From Aplysia californica (taxonomy: Eukaryota), in assembly GCF_000002075.1 (NCBI RefSeq), contig NW_004797281.1, forward strand, positions 526,327 through 590,326: a DNA stretch of 64,000 nucleotides. The letters are read 5' to 3'. The position numbers and the translations under genes were made by a program. The notes beneath the pieces are model-generated. The model ran no database searches and was not told the DNA's origin. It saw only the letters and a list, made by a program, of their open reading frames with translations. Positions 28,401 to 39,180 of the stretch are shown in pieces. Positions within the stretch are counted from its first letter, which is position 1, and each line of letters starts with the position of its first letter.

Positions 28401-31400
28401 TATGCCTTCTGTTTGTTGACATTTTTTTGCTCTTCATTTTATTTTCCTTTTCCCTCTTTAAAAATGTATGGTAGAAGTCTTTGTATTATAATTTAAGTAT
28501 TATGTTAACTTCATAATATAATCAACTGGAACATTTTTTTGTCTCTACAGTTTTTATCGAAACTTATGGATGTCAGATGAATGTAAATGATACTGAAATT
28601 GCTTGGAGCATCTTACAGCAGAATGGGTTTACTAAAGCTTCAAGCATATCTGAGGTATGTTGAAAGTAGTACTGTAGTACTGACAAACATTTGTAAAATT
28701 AATCAGTTTTAATTTCTTTGTTATCTTTAAATTCTATTATATTCACTTTATATGGTCAAACTGTAAATGGTTCAAATAGTTAAAATTTCAAAGTCCTGAG
28801 TAGTAAAATCATTTGGTGGTCTTTTATATAGAAACTGCACGGTTCAAATCAAATGATTTATGTGGTGGTTCATGTATTGATTGTTACCAATGAATTTTGA
28901 ATGGAATGCAATAGGAAAGTGGAATTTTTTTGTGGCTTTTTCATTCTATTTTTAGGCTGATGTGGTTCTCGCCATTACTTGTGCTATCAGAGAAGGTGCA
29001 GAGAACAAGATCTGGAAACGTTTGAATTACTTCAAGTCTGTCAAGAAAAGGAGAAGTAAACACAGGCCTTTAAAAATTGGCCTTTTAGGTGAGTCTGCAA
29101 ATGTGTTAGTGTTGGTATTTTTCTTTTTTTAAAAATTATTTTTTTAAAGATTCTTGATGGACAACAAACAGGTCTTTTTAAAGTTTTATTTTGGTTTTGT
29201 TACTTTCTGACTTTAAGAAAATACTCATGAAATGTTAAGAACAGATAGTCTTCTGACATTGTGATGCTTTGTGAGCGAGAGTGAGCCCATGTCAAGGGTG
29301 AACTCACAAAACAAACAAAAGACGGTCACATCGTACAAGGGGAGATCCCTCTCAGTACTCTTAAATTATTTTATATTCTTGTTCAATCCCTTTTACATTT
29401 ATAAATCTGAGTTGTTGCGCTTGCTTACACTATTTTACATTGATATGACCATGATTTTTGTACAAAACTGTAGGCTGCATGGCTGAGAGGCTGAAGCATA
29501 AAATCCTGGAGCAGGACAAGATGGTGGATGTTGTTTGTGGACCAGACGCTTATCGGGACCTGCCGCGTCTGCTCGCAGTGACGAGGTCCACAGATCAGGC
29601 AGCAGGTGCTAATGTGTCTGTGTGTTTGTATCTAAGTGTGTGTGTGTGTGTGTGAGTTTGTATTTATGTGTGTGTGTTGAGTCTGTGTGTGTGTGTGTGT
29701 GTGTATGAGTCTGTGTTTGTGTGTCTGTCTGTCTATTTTGTTTGTCTATGTTTGATGTGTGTATTTGTTGCTGTTGTTAACCCAGTTGCCCATGGACTTG
29801 TGGCCTTCAATTTTTATTTTGTGCCTAGTGCATTTATGATTGACTGTGTCTGAAAATATATTACAAGCATGTAAGACTTTATTCGTATGCATAGCTGCCA
29901 ACTACTGTGTAAAAAAATTTGATACATTAGAGAGGGTCTGATTACGGAAGTCTATTTTCGTACTGAGAAATATGTATTCTGTTTTCAAGTTTTGCTCCTG
30001 ACAGACTTGCTGATTCTGAAGAAAAATTGTGAACTCTCAAGACCAGATTTGCTGATAATTATGTGAACGAAGCCCATAAGTCGAGGGTGACTTCTTGATA
30101 AATATTTATTATTTAATAGGGTGTATATTCTCTGATTTCTTCCCATTGTTCTTTGTATTGAGATGTGTGTCCATTCGTGTGTGTCTGGTTTTAATATTGA
30201 AAATTTAGACTGTTTACTGCTTACTTATAAAGCTGCTTGTGGCTAATGTATGTTGCTGCAGCATTGATTGGGAAAAAAATAGATCATGTTATGATGGGTG
30301 TCAGCATTGTGAGGCATATGAGAATTTTTTTTCTACTTTTACTTTGTCTCGAAATAGTTATAATGGCTGATAACTTTGCCCTGTTTCTTAATACATTTCG
30401 TTTTCTGTTCTTCTGCAGTCAATGTCCAGTTATCTTTAGAAGAAACTTATGCAGATGTGGTGCCAGTGAGACTGAACTCAAACAGTCCCTCAGCATTTGT
30501 GTAAGTGTCAGTGTTGCCTGTGGGCTGGAGGTTTTCTGGTATTTAGGTGTGGTCTACTTTATAATAGACTATGATTATAGTAATTGCCTTGTATACAGTG
30601 CATACCCATTCTCTACTACATGCTCCATGTGCTTTACAAATATTATTCTCACCTGGAGGGCTGAAATTGTTGGCCAATAACCCATATTTTGCTGTTATAG
30701 TGGTTCAAATTGTCGAGGAAAACGGGAAGGGAATTTTCCCTACTCGTTATCCCACACTCTTGATATTTTCCAGAGGAAGTGTGCAATGTTAATAATTGGC
30801 ACGACACATCACAAACTATTAAATAATTAAAACCATCTGCTACGGGGCCTTTTGTGGACTCTTTATGGGATGGAAAGGGGGGGGGGAGGGGGCAGGGAGG
30901 GATAGCTGTGAAATTGTTGGTACTGTGAGGATCTTTTTTCTTCTTCCAAATTCTATTTTTGTTCATCAGTTTGCTTTTCTAAGATGGGGCTGTATATATT
31001 GTGTTCCCACATTTCTCTTTACATCATTGATTCACTTTTACATTGTTTAAGTTCTAATATTTCTCTTTCGCTTTTATATGACTTAGTTATTTAGTTATTG
31101 TTAATTTTAAAAAAAATTGAAATGGAGGCTGTTCTGCTCAGCTGGAACAATACTGTACTCTGCTTGTTTACTACTTCACTCAGTTCTTTTTACTTTCTTT
31201 TTATCTGAGAAATGTGAGCTACAGTGTTGCATTTCCATTATTTTGTTGATGTACTTCGTTTGAGTAAAGATAAATTTTGTGCTTTGTAGTTGCCCAGATG
31301 GGGGTCTGTTCCTACTTATTTACTTCTTTTGTTGATACATGTGCGTTTCTTGAAAAGTAGTCGCCATTTCAGTATTTACTCATCATTGTATAGTAAAGCT

Positions 31401-34400
31401 GTAACGGAAAAAATTCTTTCTTTAGTTTTTGCTATTTTTATTTTGATAATCATCTTCATTATTAGTGGTTGGCTGGAGGGCGCCACCTGCTGGCCCTACT
31501 TCTGTTCAGTTGTTTTTGTTTGTCTGTCTTACTTTCTCCCTGCACTAAATGACAATTATTGTGTTGATTCTTTATTCAACTCAAACACAGACAGTCAAAG
31601 AAAATTTTCATTATTAGTAGTCATTGTACTTTTCAGGATGTGGAATATATTTTTCGCTCCTGATCTTTTGGTCTCAGGTCCATAATGCGAGGCTGTGACA
31701 ACATGTGTACCTACTGCATCGTGCCTTTCACCCGCGGCAGAGAGCGCAGTCGGCCCATTTCCTCCATCTTAGAAGAAATTCACATCCTCTCTGAGCAGGT
31801 GTGTAGTCTTTGGTATTCACATGGGATATATGGTATTCTTCTTCTTATTTATTTTTTGGTCTTTTTTTGTTGTTGTTCCTTGAGCTTGAGGTGTGACATA
31901 ATTCTTAACATGTGCTGTGCGAGATGAACATATTTACGTACAGTTGAACTTGCTTTAATGGCCTCCTGTCCAAGACAATCACCTGTACAAATGACAGTTT
32001 CTCACTTTCCCTTCTTGCATTACAGAATGTGAAAGATGTGACCCTTCTGGGGCAAAATGTGAACAGCTACCGGGATGTTTCCTCAGCTTATGGAGAGGAT
32101 GAGGACATGCCCACACAGCTGAGTGCAGGTAGACTATAGAAAAAAAAATTTCAAGGTTATGACTATGCTTATAAAAGTTATCTCCATTTCAAGGTTATGA
32201 TTATGCTTATAAAAGTTATCTCCATTTCAAGGTTATGATTATGCTTAATAAAGTTAACAAGTGAACTTCACTTCAAGATTATGACTATTCTTTCTGTAGT
32301 GAAATACACTATTGGGTTATTTCTGAAGTTGTGCATTTTTTTAGGGACACTGGGTTTTAGATAAAAAATTTTTATAGATTCAAATTCCACTGACTCTGGG
32401 CCTCAAATATGAATATTTGTATATAATATATGGGGCTGTATAGAATAAATACCGTAATAATTTATAGAAAATAATTATGTTTCTTTAAATGTTTGGTCTT
32501 CTGCCCAAGTGAAGGTTACAAGGAGAAATCAAATATGGTAATATGCTGTCAAAGTCTCAAATAGTATAAACTCAAAAAGGTTTTTTTTTTTTTTAACACA
32601 GATCTGACTTTGGCTTTTATCTTAAACTGTTGACAAAGAGTTCACTCGAGTCTTGGTCATCAATGAGACTGATTGTACAGCAGCTACTGGTGTTAATTGT
32701 TTTATAGTTTGAGTCAAATCATTTGTTTTTGCGGAAAACAATAAAGTGTGACTCTAGTTAAGATTGATTGTTTAACTGATACCATTTGTCAATCTGTTCA
32801 TAGCCAGCACCCACTTTTGCCACCTTTAAGAGGCAAAAATTTTCATGTATTCCCAAGTGGGCCATTAAATAATACTGGTGATTACCACTGCCCAGCAAAA
32901 TTTCCAAATCGCCTACCATAGTGCAAATGCTGCTGTATGTCGTTGAACGTAGATAACATGCTTCTTAAGGCAAATAGCCTTATGATTGTTAGAGAGTGAA
33001 GTCAATGCATAATACAATATGAAAGTGCATGTGGTTGTTGTTCACTAGTAGCTTAGCATTAATTTCGTTTGCAGGTTTCAAGACAGTCTATAAGCCCAAA
33101 ACAGGTGGGAGGAGATTCGCAGAGCTACTCGAAGCTGTGTCAAAAGTTGACCCAGAAATGAGGATTCGGTTCACTTCACCTCATCCCAAGGACTTTCCAG
33201 ATGAGGTGAGTGCATTTTATCTCTCTGTCGTACTATTATTTTGTCTCTCTGGCATACTGTGGAGACGAAAGCAGTCAACAGAGTATGGTTAGAGAGCAGG
33301 AAAGAGATTAAAGGAGAACATTTTTAGAGAACATTTTTCTGTCGCTGTCTGGTTTCGAACCGGGGATCTATTGAATGAGAGGTGAACACTGTAACCTCTA
33401 GTCTAGACCATGAGAGCCCCCCCCCCCCCCCCAGTTAGGGGTTGGGGTTAGGGTTAGGGCCACTCAGCCAGACAGCGCCAGCTCACTGGCCGGTGCCACT
33501 AGCCACTTACAGACAACCGATTAAAATGTTTTTTTGACAAATGTTTCTCAGGTGCTTCACACAATCATGGAGAGACCCAATGTTTGTAAGCAGATCCACC
33601 TTCCTGCCCAGAGCGGCAATTCTGAGGTGCTCAAGGCCATGGGGCGGGGCTACAGTCGGGAAGCTTACCTGGAGCTGGTAGAACGTGTCAGGGACATAAT
33701 CCCAGGTGTGTGAGTGTGGATGTTTGCCATGTGTGTGCCTGTATATGTGTGTGTGTGTATCTTTTTCTTGTGTGAGTGCTGGGCTACAGTCGGGAAGCAC
33801 ACCTACTGCTGATGGAACGTGTCAGGGACATAATCCCAGGAGTGTGAGTGTGGATGTTTGCCGTGTGTGTGCCTGTATATGTGTGTGTGTATCTTTGTCT
33901 TGTGTGAGTGCTGGGCTACAGTCGGGAAGCACACCTACTGCTGATGGAACGTGTCAGGGATATAATCCCAGGTGTGTGTGTGTGGATGTTTATCGTGTTT
34001 GTGTAGGTGTGTGTGTATGTTTGTCTTGTGTGAGCATATTCATTTTTCTGTACATGTTCGTCTTGTGTGAGTGTTTATATGGGTGTATGTTCATCTTGTG
34101 TGATTGTGTGTATGGATATGTGTAGGTGTGTGTGTGTGTATTATCGTCTTGTGTAATTGTATGTATGAATGTGTGTAGGTGTGTGTGTTTGGATGTGTTT
34201 GGGTGTGTGTGGGGGAGGAGTGGGTCCACGTGCCCACATAAGCATGACACTGCTTGGGTGTGTGTACATGCTTCAGTGTTTGTGTGTGCATGTTATGTAC
34301 CTGTGTCTGCCTTTGTTTATATCCCTCAAAAACCTATGTGTTTGTGTATGTCTATTTGGTTAAGCCGTGTTGACGAAATCAGCTTTCTTTTTGAAGCTGC

Positions 34401-37400
34401 TATACTTTTTTTGCATGTATGACATTCTCTAGTAGCACCTCTAATCTTCAGCCCCTACATGACCTATTTGTGTTGTAAATGCTAGGAAACTTGTAGGAAA
34501 ACTAAAAATAAACTGTGTTGCCCCTGACTTTTACATGTATTTAGTTGATGTGCTTCTCTTTTTTTCTAATAAAAATACATATTGTCTGTTTCGCTCCATT
34601 CTCAGGGGTGGGTTTGTCCAGTGACTTCATAGCGGGTTTCTGCGGAGAATCAGAGGCAGCCCACCAGGACACGCTGTCTTTGCTGGACATTGTCAAGTAC
34701 AACTTTGCCTTCTGTTTCCCTTACAGCATGAGACAGGTAGGTGCACAACTGTCTGATCAAGTGTTTCAAAATATGGTGGAATCAGGCACTCGACAATTTT
34801 GGGGCATACAAATTTTGGGGCATACAAAGCTATTTGCATAATCTTAAAACCTGTTTATTTGCCTTGTTTATTTTAATAAACACAAAAAAGATTCTCATCT
34901 AATCTTCAATAGCAGTTGAGATATTTTTTATTTGAAAAGGTGGGGTCGCCTGTCATGGCCTCATGACAGATATTGGTATTCCACTATTTCCTCGAACCCC
35001 ACCATCCGGAACCCAGGGAAACTATTACAATCAGGGTTATGTGTGTGGTGGGTTAATTATATAATGAGACAGACTGGTGCATAGAGCCAATTTGAAAATG
35101 AACTCTTCTTTGCTTTCATTTTGACTATGGCAAACTTTTTACTGTTTAGGAAATGAGAGAAACATGTCATTGTTTTTTCACCAAGATGCATCTTTACATG
35201 AAAGAATTGTAGGAATGATTTAATTTAAAAAATTATGTGGTTCATGTATTTTGCTTGCTTTTGTGTTGAGCTTTGCTGAAAAAACCTGTGAATTTTGCGT
35301 TCCATCTTCTTTATGATCCCCCATCCTCCGTGCAACATAGAAAACCAGAGCCTACCACCGACTGCAGGATGATGTCCCCCAGGAGGTCAAGCTCCGCAGG
35401 AACACAGAGCTACATGACAGATATCGCAAACATGCCGAGGTCAGGCACAAGTCACAGATAGGACAGCGGCATCTCGTCTTGGTGGAAGGGGTGAGCTTAT
35501 TTGTGGTGTGCGACCTTAAATGAAAAGTTTTTGTTGATTTTCTCAATTAAATAGGCCTCTTGCAGATTTCATACTGTATATCATGACATATATAGGATGC
35601 AACTTCTTTCCTTATAATTTGGGCTTCAAAGTTGATAAAATAATGGAAACACCCCCCCCCCCCCCCCCCCCCCCCCACCACCACTAACGAAGGTGTCGGT
35701 GCTTGCCATGAAAAAGTTGTGGTGCGTTTTATTGGATGAACATAAGATTTATACCAAAATTTTGTCTCTCAAGTCTACTTGAACTTGTGTCTTATCTGCA
35801 CATGTGTCTGGGTAAGAGATTTCCTCGTCACATCTTTTTTTTAGATCTTTGGCTGTGTGCTTACAAGCTGTAAGTGTATTAACTTTTTAGTTCCATAATA
35901 CCCTAGTGGCAGTTCCATGATTAGGTTTCATGGCTTAAAAAGCTAATGTGCTATAATTTCCATGTAGAAGGAAATAACCTTTCTGGCCAGTCATGACCAT
36001 ACATATTTTCACCAAATATGAAGTTTTGCATGTAAAATTACCCTGGAAATAGTTCTAGTGGACCTGTAACAGTGTCCCTCGAGCTTATTCAATGTAAAGT
36101 ATATGTTGCTTATTCATCTAACATCTGACACTTATTGAAATAGGATATGAGACCAAAAGAAACAGATGTTATTTGTCTTCTTTTCAGGAAAGCAAGCGAT
36201 CTTCTTTGGATCTGTCTGGTCGCAATGATGCCAACACCAAAGTTGTGTTTCCCAACCAGGCATTGGCTGATGTGACTGGAGCCGATGTAGCCAGGACGTC
36301 TCAACCCGGTGACTACGTTGTAGTGGAGGTAAAAATGTAGGGCGTGAAAAATACATCTCATTTTAAATCGTTGTTGTTATAGGAGTTTGTTGAATTGGTA
36401 TTTTTTTTCAAAGTGCAGTAAACATTTGTGTGTACTTAAAGGGTCGGTCTCACCTTAGAAAGAATTTTTTGTGTATTTAGAGTTTGGTTCGGTGATTTTT
36501 GTGATGTAAATAAGGATGATATGGTTATTTTTAGAGCATCCGTGCAAAGAAATGATGGGCTGACCATGATTGCTGATGTCTGTTTCAGACCTGGCATTCC
36601 AAAATGGTGATGAAATCTTAATGCTGCACGTCAAAGTGTATTCAGTGTGATCAAATTTTTTACACTTGAGTCGATACTATCCTGAATACAAACTCATTGA
36701 ATTCATAATAATGCTGCCAAATGACAGACAACCCCTGAATTGTAACAACAACAAAAATTTAATGTAGGTGTCATACCTCTTTATTTTCACTTAAAGAAGG
36801 TTAGGATAACAGTTATTATTCTCATTATCTGTTTCCTGTTTAACCCGCATTAGTCCTGACTATTTTATTAACCCCTTCATTGCCTTATAACGTACCTGGT
36901 ACGCCATGAAAATGCGTAATTTTTAGCGCTGCGGCGTACCATGTACGTCATGGAAGTTTGCAAAATTTGCTGCTCCTGGTTGCCTATATGGTACATGTAC
37001 GTCACGCTGATAACCTGGCTCTACTTCTTCTGTACGGAGTTTTAGCCACAAGTGCTGCTTAGATTTGTGTTCGGAAATAAAATGCGCGCTTTTCGTTACC
37101 AAATTTGCTAGTACGGTATTTCTTTACTGCTAGGCTTGGAAGCGATCGATAAACATAGATCTCTAGGCTTGCGGTTGGCCGTATGCTCTTACAAAATGTA
37201 AACACGCGAAATGACTTCAAAAAGGCAAATAAATTCACTTTTTTACTTAGATTTGCAGGTTATTCGAAATTATGAGTTAGATGGGAGGAAATGGGAAGTG
37301 AGAAAAGTGAAAATCGAAGACCCGGTGTCCGAAATATGTCACGAGTGTGCTAGATCTAGACCGCGCGCCCGTTAACACTGAGACATTAAGCTGCTGTCCT

Positions 37401-37801
37401 GGGTAATGAGCTCAGCTGAAAATCAGTGTGGACAGTAGGAACGTATACCCTATAGCAACGAAAGGGTTGGCTGCCTTTTTGTTTGCAAATGCAACTTCAT
37501 AAATTTTAAGTTATTTTCATAAAATCCAAGCGGCTTGCTTGATTACTAGCCTGGGTTAGTTCCGACAGTCAGGATTTAAGCAACACATCTTCTATATGTT
37601 TTATATTGTGACAAAGGGGTAATAATATACATTTGCAGTCTCTTTCAGAACTGATATGTTTTGTTTCCTCTTCCGTCAGTACAGATCACCTCGGGCAACT
37701 CCCTGGGCATGAAGGGCACCGCCTTATACCGCACCTCCCTGCAGCACCACCACCGCCAAGGACAACAGGAAACTCTCCATTGCTCTCAAACAACGGTGTG
37801 A
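25453..37801 (+). CDS. CDK5RAP1: Mitochondrial tRNA methylthiotransferase (MiaB-like radical SAM). Exons 25453-25792, 28551-28654, 28956-29088, 29474-29605, 30419-30500, 31678-31798, 32026-32128, 33075-33205, 33552-33705, 34606-34736, 35341-35490, 36188-36328, 37685-37801
   Basis: UPF0004 motifs [23 protein letters not shown]; radical-SAM motif [25 protein letters not shown]; LLGQNVNSY; [15 protein letters not shown]; HLPAQSG; [11 protein letters not shown]; TRAM domain LVLVEG...[12 protein letters not shown]...[11 protein letters not shown]. Basic N-terminus compatible with a mitochondrial presequence. All junctions are in phase. Confidence 0.96.
25911..27766 (-). mobile_element. Palindrome-bounded non-autonomous element Z in CDK5RAP1 intron 1
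   Basis: Reverse orientation of the same architecture: AATAATAATAACGAAGTGAC + CTATTTCTCCGAACGTTCGGAGAAATAG ... repeated palindromes + GTCGGCCTAATAATAAT. Confidence 0.75.
32148..32290. repeat. 38-bp minisatellite x3-4
   Basis: TTCAAGGTTATGA(C/T)TATGCTTATAAAAGTTATCTCCAT repeated. Confidence 0.85.
33647..34040 (+). repeat. ~133-bp tandem repeat x3 containing the CDK5RAP1 exon 9 end and splice donor
   Basis: GGGCTACAGTCGGGAAGC at 33647, 33781 and 33913, each followed by GAACGTGTCAGGGA(C/T)ATAATCCCAGG. Confidence 0.9.
36868..37470. mobile_element. piggyBac-like MITE in the last CDK5RAP1 intron
   Basis: TTAA|CCCCTTCATTGC ... GCAACGAAAGGG|TT; CpG-rich interior unlike the flanks. Confidence 0.6.
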
Positions 37802-37962
37802 TTGTTTGTTTTAGCGCTGGTGAAATGACAGCTTGAACTGCATTCTTCCCAGGAAGTTGAAATTGTTTCAGAATTCTACCAAGTCTGCTTGTAAAGTGCA
37901 TAGAGCTTGCTTTTGAGCAGAAATTAGCCCTAAACAAATGCTATTTATTGTTATTATTATTA
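37802..37962 (+). mobile_element. 3' half of the same tRNA-SINE directly after the CDK5RAP1 stop codon
   Basis: CTGCATTCTTCCCAGGAAGTTGA...TGTAAAGTGCATAGAGCTTGCTTT...ACAAATGCTATTTATT matches 61515-61650. Confidence 0.75.
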
Positions 37963-39047
37963 GGATACAGACTGGGATCCTGACCGTTGTGTCATTGTTC
38001 AACTGGTTTTCTTTTGCTTTGCTCTAGTTTTTGTAAATGCTCATTATCACATTTCGGTTTTATTTTTGTTGATGAACTCTGAATAATTTTCAGCTTTCTC
38101 CTCTGCGGTGTGTCTAATTTTGACTGGCAGCAATGCAATATAAATATATGTATTGAGTCCCAGAATAAATTTTAAGTTCAATTCGTAGAATTTGTCTTTT
38201 TCTTTACAATAGTTCACACTAGGATTGTTGGCTGTGGCGGAGATGTTACTTGACCTCTCTAAAATGGACTGCCTGGTTTGCCCTATAGAACTGTCATAGA
38301 TGCTAAAGCGGTGGTGTTTTTCCCTGTTCTGATTACAAATGTTCACCCTTCTTAGAAGATAGGAACAATTCCTGAACATCAGGTGACAGAAAAACAAAGT
38401 GCCGATAATAAACACATTCATTGTGGGAACTTCATTTTTTATTAAACTTTCATGACAAAAAACCCCAACAAAAACAAACTGTTAGTAAAAATTTGTGACA
38501 AGATATAACCATGAGCAATACAGAGTGACTTTGTTCCAAGCACACTTTCACAGTGGTTCCTCCCTCTGCTGATAGCTCTGCCATTGTGTGGTGCTACATG
38601 AGTTTGGCCTCTGTGCCATTTGATAAAACTCTGTTTTAACAGCAGTGCACAACAGTGAATAGACACAAGAAAATCAATGTGTTGAGTTGAAGAGAAGAAT
38701 AGATGAACACAGTTATGGTCAAATGTATTTGTTTGAGTAAAGAGAAGTATATTGACAAAATAACAAGTTATTCCGTGCAGGGAAAAGACAGACAGACAGA
38801 AACAACAGATGGAAAGAAAGGAAGTGGGATATACCAGTAGCACCCTCCAAAACAGAGGATGATTACAAGACATCGTTGTGCTGAGTCAAAGAGAACTTAT
38901 GAATACAGAAACGATCATATGAACACTATAATGGTCAAACAATGTTGGAAGGAAAAGTGGCGAGCCAATCAACAAAACCAATAAAAGGTTGGCAAGGACA
39001 GTGTCTGGGTCTATTGTTTGCCTCTCTCATGAGCTTTGTTTGTTTCT

Positions 39048-39180
39048 TAGTTTGAGTAAAGAGAAGCACACCAACACAAAAATGGTCGTTTAGTGTTGGG
39101 AAAATGTAAGACGGCCAGCCAGAAACAATAGAAAAAGTAAAAAAGTAGGACCTACCAGTGGCACCCTCCAAGGACCCGCT
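39048..39180 (-). mobile_element. ~135-bp SINE-like family C (sister of family B), representative copy
   Basis: GTTTGAGTAAAGAGAAGCAC...TAGGACCTACCAGTGGCACCCTCCAA; similar copies near 31465 (+), 38728, 39181, 39975, 40920, 48020, 54785, 58525. Confidence 0.7.

Noticed and set aside
33433-33460. TTAGGG-like telomeric repeats (also ~2580-2640)
   Set aside because: Only 2-4 degenerate units inside repeat fragments; no evidence for an interstitial telomere.
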